Notes under the pieces: model-generated | Told to the model about the DNA's origin: nothing | Database searches by the model: none | The model's input: only the letters and a program-made list of their open reading frames with translations | In this document: piece by piece, positions 29,146-42,032 of the stretch | Layout: each line of letters begins with the position of its first letter | Numbering within the stretch: position 1 is the first letter of the stretch | Source: Eledone cirrhosa | Lineage: Eukaryota | Assembly (NCBI GenBank): GCA_964016885.1 | Contig: OZ024747.1 | Span: forward strand, 40,238,001-40,302,000 | Reading direction: 5' to 3' | DNA: 64,000 nt | Position numbers and translations under genes: made by a program

Positions 29146-29194
<49 letters not shown>

Positions 29195-29213
29195 ATAATA
29201 TATATAATATATA

Positions 29214-29300
<87 letters not shown>

Positions 29301-29439
29301 ATATATTATATATATATATATATATAGAATATATATATATATATAGAGAGAATATATATATATATATATATAGAATATATATATATATATATATATAGAA
29401 TATATATATATATATATATATAGAATATATATATATAGA

Positions 29440-29470
<31 letters not shown>

Positions 29471-29701
29471 ATATATATATATATAGAATATATATATATA
29501 TATATAGAATATATATATATATATATAGAATATATATATATATATATAGAATATATATATATATATAGAATATATATATATATTTATATATAGAATATAT
29601 ATATATATATATAGAATATATATATATATATATAGAATATATATATATATATATATATAGAATATATATATATATATATAGAATATATATATATATATAT
29701 A

Positions 29702-29742
<41 letters not shown>

Positions 29743-29803
29743 ATATATATATATATATATAGAATATATATATATATATATAGAATATATATATATATAT
29801 ATA

Positions 29804-29840
<37 letters not shown>

Positions 29841-29876
29841 ATATATATATATATATATAGAATATATATATATATA

Positions 29877-29931
<55 letters not shown>

Positions 29932-30086
29932 ATATATATATATATATATATAGAATATATATATATATATATATAGAATATATATATATATATATATATA
30001 TAGAATATATATATATATATATAGAATATATATATATATATATATAGAATATATATATATATATAGAATATATATATATATATATA

Positions 30087-30121
<35 letters not shown>

Positions 30122-30157
30122 ATATATATATATATATATAGAATATATATATATATA

Positions 30158-30208
<51 letters not shown>

Positions 30209-30390
30209 ATATATATATATATATATAGAATATATATATATATATATATATAGAATATATATATATATATAGAATATATATATATATATATATATAGAAT
30301 ATATATATATAGATATATAGAATATATATATATAGATATATAGAATATATATATATATATATATATAGAATATATATATATATATATATA

Positions 30391-30429
<39 letters not shown>

Positions 30430-30450
30430 ATATATATATATATATATAGA

Positions 30451-30481
<31 letters not shown>

Positions 30482-30609
30482 ATATATATATATATATATA
30501 GAATATATATATATATATATATAGAATATATATATATATATATATATAGAATATATATATATATATATATAGAATATATATATATATATAGAATATATAT
30601 ATATATATA

Positions 30610-30666
<57 letters not shown>

Positions 30667-30702
30667 ATATATATATATATAGAATATATATATATATATA
30701 GA

Positions 30703-30733
<31 letters not shown>

Positions 30734-30891
30734 ATATATATATATAGAATATATATATATATATATATAGAATATATATATATATATAGAATATATATAT
30801 ATATATAGAATATATATATATATATATATATATAGAATATATATATATATATAGAATATATATATATATATAGAATATATATATATATATA

Positions 30892-30932
<41 letters not shown>

Positions 30933-31109
30933 ATATATATATATATAGAATATATATATATAGAATATATATATATATAGAATATATATATATATATATA
31001 TAGATATATATAGAATATATATATATATATAGAATATATATATATATATAGAATATATATATATATATAGAATATATATATATATATAGAATATATATAT
31101 ATATATAGA

Positions 31110-31168
<59 letters not shown>

Positions 31169-34100
31169 TGTAAGTTAACTGAATGGATTTCAGCAATCTG
31201 GAGAATCCTATGAGGTATATGACCACTTCTCTTTTCTCTTCAGACTAACAAATAAAACTTTAATTTACCAGGTCGGAATTCTTCTCTGGCACTATTTATC
31301 ATAATTTCTGTTTCTGCTGCAACCCTGAGTTTTTCTGCAATATCTGTTGCTGTAGTCTTAGTGTTGTCTAACACCTGTATCAGAGATTCATCTTCAACAA
31401 GGGAGCCTTCTGTAGATGTCAACTGGTACAGTAAAGCATCCTCTAACTCCTGGATCTTACGTTTATTTAATGTTACCTCTTCCAGCATCTTTGTCCGTTC
31501 ACTTTCTAATTCCTGGAATCAGATGAAACAAATATCTATTCAACCCTTTCGTTAATGTTTCTGATGAAAGACACTGCCTATAATTTTAGAAATAATCAAT
31601 AATTTGGAGGGATTTAGTGAAATATCTAATTTTCTTATAATTAAGCTGGTGTCTGAATTATACCTAAAAGGTTCTTACCTAAAATTATGATGCAAAGATT
31701 TTAGATAAATATAAATATCTTGAAATAAACAGTTTTGTGCAGTTGAATCAGGGGTAGTTTCCAGCGATTTGGTATCAAAAAGTTTAATTTCGATACAACA
31801 TTTTATAGATAGATAGTTTGAATGGAATTTAATAAGAGAGAGTAACTCTCTTCTTCTTCATTTTCTTCTTCACCCACTTATTCTTGGGAGGGTTGTGGGA
31901 GCAAAGTTTTCAAACATGCCATGTAGCTGGTCTTGTCAGAAGCAACTGTATCCAAGCGAGACCAGCCAAGTACATAGATGTTATCCAACCACCTTGTTTG
32001 GGGTCTACTCCGGGGTCTCCTGCTATTTAGTTTTGCCTGTAAAATCTGTCCAGTAACCACATGCCCACAGTACCAGAGCTCTGATCTCTCATTTCGGTGT
32101 AGTAGCAGCTCTACTTGGAGAGACTCTCTGATCTCTGAACAATGCACTCTATTGAGTAACATTACTCTAAAGACCCTTCAGCGGAACCTCATTTTTGGTT
32201 ATTTGTATTCGTGATCATATACTTTTGGTCTTTACTCAAGATCCATAACAATAGGTAAGGGTTGGCACAAATACAAAGGAAGCAAGTTGGCTTTTACACC
32301 CACCTCCCTTCTTCTGATGACTGAATGCTGAGGTAGGTACATTACTACACCAGCTCCTGCAATTACTGCACTTATTTCAACCTCCTGCACTCCATCATAC
32401 TCATGTAGAAAATTAACAATCTCAATTCAATAATATGTCTTTACTACAGTTCTATAGAGGAAGCCAAAATGATTCAATCCAATTTTGCAGCAGTAAAGCT
32501 CATCTATCATTTATAAATAAGACGTGTTACATTATATAAGACTTGTACTTCTGTGAATAACACCATCTAATGTAATATAACATACTTGAAATAATTATAA
32601 TTTTAAGTTTTCAACTCCATGGTACATATAAAAAATAATGAAATAATAACTAACTTAAATAAAATTAAAAAGAACAAATTTATCATTTGTAAACTTGCAA
32701 TACATATTTTGACAATATAAATAATTGTTTCTACTTTAGGCACAAGGCCAGCAATTACCCAGTGCATTATTGGTACTTTATTTTATCGATCCCGTAAGGA
32801 TGAAAGGCAAAGTCAACCTCGGCGGGATTTGAACTCAGATCGTAAAGGGACGTAACTATGCTGGAAAGCATGGCGTCCGACCCTCTACCAATACTGCCAA
32901 TCCACCGCCCTTTGACAATACAAATAATACTGCAACACACTATTAATGAAGGTCAGGGAAATTTTACAAAGAATAGAAAAGCTATAGTTTCAATATATAA
33001 GTTAAATACAAAAATCATTTATTTTTATTGTGGAAACCTTTCCTGGTTCATATTGAAATATATGTACAATATAAATATATATATCAAATCATCATGTGCA
33101 TGGGTATGTATGTGTATGTGTATGAATGCGCCTGAGCCTGTTTGTGTATACCTTACCCCCCTCTTTCCACCTACTCATTTATACGCTAAATTTTGACTTC
33201 ACTCCCATTAGAGTAATATCTGTTTTATTCATGCATTCTCATGCAAAACCTTCTATAACTTCCCAATATACTGCTATGCCTGCCTCTATGTATTTAGTAT
33301 ACATACACATAGTACATACACTTCACCACTGGTTACCAACCTATATAATCCACTCTACCTATTTTTAGACCCCCAGATTTTACCTGATCTTATTTGTTCC
33401 TATTTACTACTTTATTTAATCATTTGCTAATTTACTTCTATATAACCCACTTTTTACTGTTAATTCTTCACTTGTATATAACCCACTTTTTACTGTTAAT
33501 TCTTTACTTCTATATAACCCACTTTTATTATTAACTCTTCACTTAAAAATACCCTTTCAGTCTATGTAAATGGTTGTTCAACCTACTAGGAATAGCAACC
33601 AAATCTTTCTAAAATCATGTCCTACTGTCCTAACTAAATGAAAGGTACACTAATTAAAAAAAGAAATTATATTTACCTGCTTCTCTTTTAGGATAACTAT
33701 ACTAAGAAGCTGGTCTTCAAGTCCTTTCAAAGTGACAGTGAAATCAATGATAGAGGTTCGAGCAGAAATTTCAGGTGTATATGCAGGATTTGACAATTTT
33801 GTAGTGATGTACAGGCGAAAGTTTTTGTCAAAATCTACTTCTTTGTCACCAATTTTTACCTGGAATTAAATATTGTATTGTACATTATGATTATTAAGAG
33901 TGGAAAAATTTGATAAAATAGATTATTAGAAACAAAGGATTAAACCCATTGTAATACATTCTGAAGTCTTATGTTTCTGCAATCACACACAACTGATGTT
34001 GCTTTTGAGTGTAGGCATATCATAGGCCCTCTTCAGTCATGAATGACCATGGTTTTGCACCTAGAAGCTTTCCCTCTGAGGCACAGCCTGGGCCAGGTGT

Positions 34101-37100
34101 GATTGTGAAAAACCAGCAGTCGCCCTTGCATGCCAATCTCCATGCACAATGCCACCGATGTTGTCCAAGTGAAAAGAAATGGCCAACACAGCTTGGCACT
34201 AGTAATGTCACAACTCATTTCTACAGCCGTGTGAACTGGAGCAATGTAAAATAGAGTGTTTTGCTCAAGAACACAATGCATCACCCAGTTTGAGATTTGA
34301 ATTCACAAGCTTACGATTGTAAGCTCAACACCCTAACCAATACTTATATAATATTAGTTAATAATTGTTTCTAGTTTTGGAACAAGGCCAGCAATTATCC
34401 CAGTGTATTACTGGTACTTTATTTTATCGACCCCATAAGGATGAAAGGCAAAGTTAACCTCGGCGGGATTTGAACTCAGTCCGTAAAGGGACGTAACTGT
34501 GCTGCAAAGCATGGCGTCCGACCCTCTACCGATACTGCCAATGCACATAATATTAGTTAATAATTGTTTCTACTTTTGGCACAAGGCCAGCAATTACCCA
34601 GTGTATTACTGGTACTTTATTTTATCGACCCCATAAGGATGAAAGGCAAAGTTAACCTCGGCGGGATTTGAACTCAGAATGACAAGGGCCGTAACTCTAT
34701 GCGTCAAAGCATGGTGTCCAACCCTCCACCGATAATGAAGCCTATATTGTATCTGGAAACAAGATAATAAAATGTATTATCATAATGATTGCCATTTTAC
34801 ATCAACTTTTCCATGCTCTCGTTGGTTGGATGGGTCTTCTCTAGCATAGTGCCTCAGCATTTGTTTTGGTCCTTTGACATCTCCTTTATGATGTTTGGTC
34901 TCTTGAATGAGCTTTAATCAATTCTTCCCACATCTTCTATGCCCTTCCTCTTCTACAAGATCCTTCAGCTTGGATCACTTAGCACGTCTATGCCCAAATA
35001 CTATCTTCTATGAAGGAATGTTGAAAAGTTCCTGGCTTGACCACTGCTACAGAGGACTGGTTGGAGACCCAACCTTACAAGTTCTTTTTACAGGGCTTAG
35101 AAAAACTGAAGGATCAGTGCAATGTGTGTCAATCTGAGAGGGGAATATGTTGAATAAAATAATAATTAACTAATGGAGGCACATGGCTTAGTGGTTAGAG
35201 CATTGGCCTTGCAATCGAAAGGTTACGAGTTCAATTCTCAGACCGGGTGATGTGTTGTTTCCTTGAGCAAGACACTTTATTTCACATTGCTCCAGTTTAC
35301 TCAGCTGTAGAAATGAGATGATAGCGACTGGGGTCCATATCATTCCACTGCAAAGTGGTCGTGGAGGTGCCACAGAAAAAAAGCACCCAGCACTCACTGT
35401 AAATGAGGTTGGTGTTAGGAAGGACATCCAGCTGTAGAAATCAAGCCAGAATCAGTTCCCGTCTCACCCTTGCAAGCAGGGAAAAAGCGGACGTAAAATG
35501 AAATAATCCTCCTGTATTTTCTTTTACCCAAAGCCAGGAACTTTTCAGCATTCCTTCATATATGCCACATATGTCCATATCTTTCATACACTATATCCTA
35601 TTTGTCACATACTCAATGCTTTTCTCTTTATGCACACTAACATTACATATCCATCACAACACGCTTGCCTCATTTTATTCCAACCTTTACACATCCAACT
35701 TTTACACATTTGGCATTCAATGCCAAATTGTTGCTGGCCTGCTACAACACACTTCAAACAAAAGTTTCATAGAGCTTTCCCCTTACTTGGAGAGATAAGC
35801 CCCTTGTTGGCAGTAGAAGTTTAGCTCCCTGAACTTTCTACAGTATTCTGACTACTAGGCTTTCAGAAGGGTTGCCTCTATTGCCAATTATATTACTTTA
35901 CTGTCAACTACTCCTAGGGAACCCTTTAAGAATTTCACAATTTATTTGATGGACTATGCTCTGGCTTACTATTCCTGTGTATTTGCTCTGTACAAAGGTT
36001 TTCTTTACATGCCTGCCTGCGATCCCAACATATACCTTGTGAACCCACAGTTTTTCGTTTAACACACCATACAGAATTCCTGCCTAAGCCTTTTCAGCAT
36101 ATTGATCATGACTACTTTCCTGATGACAGTATATTCTTGTCTTCTTCCTTCAATTAAACTATTGTCTTTGCTATGTTTATTTAGAAATCTCTCAGTTCTA
36201 AGCATTGCTGCAGTTTAGAACTTCTTAAACAGATTCAGCTACACAAACTTGATCATCAGCATACAAGAGTTTCCATGGATAGATGATCTTAAACTAGCAT
36301 AGTTATGGTCAGAACTATAATGAACATAACATTGCTGAGAACTGAGCCGTGGTAGACTCCTACCTGCATCCTACCTATCCCTCTAACTATCTATCCACAT
36401 ATCTATATATCTATCGATCTACTTATCTATCTCCATCCACTATCCAATCTGATCCATCCATCAATCTATCTAAGCTAAAATCTCTATTTGGGAGATATAA
36501 GCTAGACCGTCTAAAATAAATTAGTTTTACTCATAAAACTGACTTATTTTAGACGGTCTACCTTGTATTCCCACAAATTGAGATTTTGGATTAAGTTTAA
36601 TGTTTAATTACTTCTCTGAGTTGGTAATTTATTTATATATTTTATCCTGTCATTGAGATGTCTAAGCATTAGAGACAAATAACTTTTTAATTGATATTAG
36701 CTACTCCTTCACTGTAGAGTAGATTTAGATGGATTTTTGCTGCTATTTCTAACTTCACTATAAACTCAGAATATTGTCCTAATGCATAGAGAGATATGGT
36801 CATTTGGTAATTCAATGACATGGTATGTATGCTTCATATTCAATGATTCCTCTTATTTAAATTCTTCCAATATAGATTATTCCAAAGTTATGAAATAATT
36901 AATACTGTTTCTTGATTTCAGAAACCATAGCTGGAGAACAATATCAGTAACAGTGACTTACCTCAGTTAGTCTTGAAGTAGCTTGCTACAGTCTAGCTTA
37001 TATCCCCACCACCACCAAATTGAGATTTTAGCTTAAGTTTGATATGTTTAATTACATCTCTGAGTTGATAATTTATTTGTATATTTTATCCTGTCATTGA

Positions 37101-40100
37101 GATGGCTAAGTATTAGTGACAAATAACTTTTTAATTGATACCTATCTATCAACCTATTCTCCTCCCCATATATCTATCAATCTATCTATCTATCTATCTA
37201 TCTATCTGACGTGGGTCCCCCCTGCGTCGGGCCCATTAACCGCGTCCTCCTAAAAAACTACCCCACCCCCTCCCCAAACACCCACACAACTCCAAGCTCC
37301 CCAACCACACAACACACTGATGCCCCTACACTTCCACAAACCACCACCCCACCCAACAACCCATCCCCCCCCTAATGGAAATTGTGCAGCCCGATACCCG
37401 GGACGCAGAGAGGTAAGTGCCTTGTCTCTTCACCACCAACATGGCTATGCTAAGAGTAGGCTGTTTAAATGCGCGTGGCCTGGGCTCAACTTGGAAGCAA
37501 GCAATGCTTCTAAATGACCTCAGGTCACAACGTATAGATGTGATGGTTATTTGCGAGGCCCGGATCAGCAACATGCGACAGCTGGCCCCCACCTTTGATG
37601 ACTTTGAGATGCACGCATCTCTCTGTCAGCCCGGAGGTGGGGGTGGAGTTGTCGTTCTGCTGCAAAAACATCTGGGTCTTGCAACACAGATGGTACATTT
37701 GGACCCGGAGGGTTGACTAGTGGTTCTGGACCTTGGCAGTGGTAAAGGCGGAGCGTTTAGGGGTCAATGCGGCCGGACTTCTTCCATCGTCTGGAGACTT
37801 TTCTAGGGACGTCCCGCTCCTTGCTATTAGTGGGGGACTGGAATGGTATCCTAGATGCACGCTGGGACTACGTAGGGGCCTGCCCCGATAGAGAGGGGTG
37901 TAATAGCCTCAAAGGGTTAATCGGTCGATTTGACCTGGCCGATAGATATCGACTAGATTTTCCGACTGCGCCAACCTGGACTTGGGCAAATCGTAGCGGA
38001 TCATCTAGGTCGTACCTAGATAGGTTCTTAGTTAGAATTAAGGATAAGGACTTTTTAAGTTGTCCAAAAATGCGCATGGTTGGCTATTCAGACCACAAAT
38101 TAGTGACCTACATGGTCAACCTTGACAGAACTCATAGACAGGGACCCGGTTACTGGAAGCTCAACTTGTCCTTACCGGCAAGTAAGGCTTACAGGAACCG
38201 GATTAGCACTTTAGTTAAGGAGCAGTTGACGGGCGCCATCGTCAACAGCAGGTGGTGGGGATCTCTTAAAAGAGAGATTAGAGTAGTCTCTATAGAATTT
38301 AGTAAGGAGTTAGCCTCAAATAGAAATAGGAAGGAAAGGGAGTTGGTAGATAGTGTAGAAGAGGCAATTAGAAGCGGCGACGTGGCCAGAGTGCTAGCGT
38401 CGAGAACGGCCCTGGGCCAGTTCTTCGACGCGAAACACGAAGGCTGCATCGTCCGAAGCAAAATACGTGCTCTGGGAAACGAGGGGACCAAAGCTGTTAG
38501 CTGGGCCCGCGTGACAGAAGCCAAAAGAGGGAGCAGACCCACTATCCGGTCTTTGCGAGACCAGGATGGACGGGTGATCCTTGAACCTAAGCAGATGTGC
38601 GAGGCTTTTCAAAAGCACTTTGCCGGTTTGTTCGGAAGGGGCGGGGGGCCAGTTGGGGACGTGGACTTCGGTCCATACCTCGACGGCCTGCCGCGTCTCT
38701 CGGACAGGGAGGCGAAGTCCTGCGAGAAGCCGATTTCAGCCGCTGAGATAGAGGACGTGCTGAGCCAATGCGGCAAACGCAAATCCCCGGGTCTCGATGG
38801 TCTTCCATACGAACTATATCTAGCTATGCCGGACTTGTTCCCCGAACTCCTCGAGGCGGTCTACTGCAACTGGCAACAGAACGGGAGAATTCCCTGTGCT
38901 GTGACCAAGGGCGTAGTCACGCTAGTGAGGAAGGACGAGAACAAGGGGGACAATATAAATAATTTCAGGCCCATAACTCTGCTAAATACAGAGTTACAGA
39001 TTTTGGCCAAGGTGCTAGCAAAGAGGTTGGCGCTTGTCGTGGGCAACCTGGTGGGAGATGCGCAGACATGTGCTATCCCATCCAGGTTCATTCACGATAA
39101 CTCCACCTCATGCGATACATCATAGAGAGGGTTGGGAACGAACCCGGCTTTGGTGGGGCCCTGATCAACTTGGATCAATCTAAGGCATTCGATAGGGTCG
39201 ACCATGGTTACCTGGATGCGGTGCTAGCGGTGGCAGGCTTCGGACCCGTTTTCAGGGGCTGGATCAATGCCATGCACAGCAGCCGCATCTGCTCTAGGGT
39301 CAAGGTGAACGGCTACCTCTCGGGGCCGTTCGAAATCACGCGGTCCATCCGACAGGGGTGCCCTCTCTCCTCCCTTCTGTATGTAATGACTCTAGAGCCA
39401 CTGCTGCGGAAGTTGGAGTTGTTGCAGGGCATCCCATTGGAACCGGGATTGCGGAAAGTGATGTCAGCCTACGCCGATGACGTAACAGTAATGGTGTCGA
39501 CGGCCTCGGAAATCAGGGCGATCGGCACCTTACTGGAGGAGTACGAAAGGTTTACAGGGGCTAAGCTGAACCGGGACAAGTCGATCGGTCTGCAACTCGG
39601 CACGTGGAGGGGCAGATCGATGCCCTCCGATGGCGTCGTCGACGGAGGGCCCGGTGAAGTTGCTCGGGGTCTGGTTCGGACCAGACCTCCAGGTGGAGAA
39701 GAACTGGGGTGAGGTGACGAACAGGGTGTTTGCACTGACCCAGAAGTGGGCCAAGTGCAAACTGTCCCTGAAAGGACGGGCGGAGGTGGCGAACACTTAT
39801 ATAGCGTCCGTCATCTACTACCGCCTGACCGTTGTGCCTTGCCCAAGGGAAACGCTCGCCAAAATGGAGCGCGCACTCTTCCAATTCCTTTGGAAGAAGC
39901 GGGCTCCTATGGTGAGGAGATCCATCTGCTGTCAACACCCTTCGAAAGGAGGGCTGGGGATGCCGTGGCTAATGATACGTAAACACGCATTAAGGCTACG
40001 GCACCTTCAGGTATTCCTCTCCGGTCAACCGGTGTGGGCCCCGTTTGTGAGGCGAGCCTTTCCCAGACTCGTCTCACTCACCGAGCTGCAATCCTGGGTC

Positions 40101-41966
40101 AAGCAAAGACCGAGAAAACTGGGCGCCTGGCACATCTAGTGTGCCCAGGCACTCACGGCTCTCTGGCAGGCGGACCCGGCTGTCAGTGGAGAATCCACCT
40201 CGTCATTCTATAGAGGGCTGGTGGTTAGCAGGTGCGACGACGCCCTCGGAGAAGCCCTAGGCATGGAGGAAGACGAACTGGCCAACCTGTTCAGTAGGAC
40301 ATTCAGCCCGGGACCCATGGATAACTTCCAGAGGTCCCTGGCCTGGCAATGCTACAGAAGGGCTCTGCCCGTTCGAGAAAGGCTCTACAGACACGGGCGC
40401 CCGGGTAGGGACCCATCGAAAAAGATCTGTCCCAAATGCGTGTGCGACGAGGAAACCGTTGCACACGCATTGGTACACTGTGGGGTTATGTCGAACAACT
40501 GCTGTCAAGGGTGGGACCAATCCGGTTGACCACCGAGTCTATTGTAACGATCAATCCGCCTCCCCTCTTCAAAAACGAAGGAGAGGCGGTGTTTCTGTGC
40601 GTAATAGCCATGGCGAAAGAGGTTGTATGGTGGACGCGTCTGAAAGGACTGAGGTCAGACACCTTTCTCTCTGGCCAACAACTGGTCCGTTTCTTCCGAT
40701 ATCATTTCGGAAGAAGGATCAGGATGGAGAGAGAGGTGCTGCACCCCAGCCGTTTCTATGAAAGATGGGTGAAAGTGGCGAGAATGGCCCGTGTGAATGG
40801 GCCTTCACTCTACATCAGACTATAGGTGAGGAAGATGAAAGACCAAGGGAGCACCCCTTCTCTGTGCTCCTGAGGAGAAAGGTTGCACACTTTTTTCGGG
40901 GGTGTGTGCAACCCCCCAAGGCGCCTCCTCTCTATTGAGGACTTTGTTATAAATTTTATTTTTTGTTATATTTTATTTTATTTTTATATATTGTTATTGC
41001 CTCCTCCTTATTGAGGACGCCTTGTTTTGTAAACTCCCCCCATTGTACTTGTCCCACTTTTGATGCCCTGGTGGCAAATAAAAGAAACATATCTATCTAC
41101 CTATCTATCTAATCATCAATATATCTATTTAACTCAACAAATAATGGTTTCTGATTTAAACACAAGACCAACAATTTTCAGGGAGAAGAAAATTGATTAA
41201 ACTGGCCCCAGTGAATTAGTTTTTTTTAATTTTATTGAATATGTGAGGGTGAAAGGCAAAGGTAACCTCGGTGAGATTTAATTCAGAATATAAGGGGCCA
41301 TAAATCTATGCCGCAAAGTATGATGTCTGATATTACCAATTACACCCCTGTACCTAAGCAAATAATAAGTGTGTACTATTATAAGCAAATATGACCTTCT
41401 TTATTTAATCATCTTTTTCATCTTATTTCCTTTCATACAATGTTTTTGCTTTGTATTTGTTTTATTGTTTTTAACTAATATTGTCTTGAACAGCAAACAA
41501 CTACTATGGCTTCCAAACCCACAAGATAAATTTATTGTATCAATAGCATTGTTAAGAGTCAAGATGTATGTATAAGGGATATCTTCATCAAAATGATGAG
41601 TCAACCAGCTGAGTAATTATCACTTGTAAGTAGCACATTACATTCTGTTGTTAATCAAATATAAACAGCAGCAGTTTTAATGTAAACAGGGAGAAAATGA
41701 AATGTAAACAGTAAATGTATGCAAGTACAAACTGACAAGATAGCAACAGGTTTTGAAGTCAATATTATGTAATTAATATTTAAGATTAAATGAACAGTCT
41801 CTAAAGCTATTTCAGCAATTATGTAAAAGCAACCAGTAGGATGTTCCCATTTTTACAAATAAGTGTATATTTGTTTTACATATATGACAGCATGTACTCT
41901 GAAAATATGAAAACATTTTTGCTTTACATTTCCATAAAAAGAAATTTATATATATATATATTATAT

Positions 41967-42032
<66 letters not shown>

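Noticed and set aside
29220-31226. 668 aa ORF (YIYI...)
   Set aside because: Translation of the TA array; stop-free because of composition
31561-31580. CTGATGA hits here and at 6803, 32314, 63559
   Set aside because: No helix II/GAAA arrangement; chance matches in repeats
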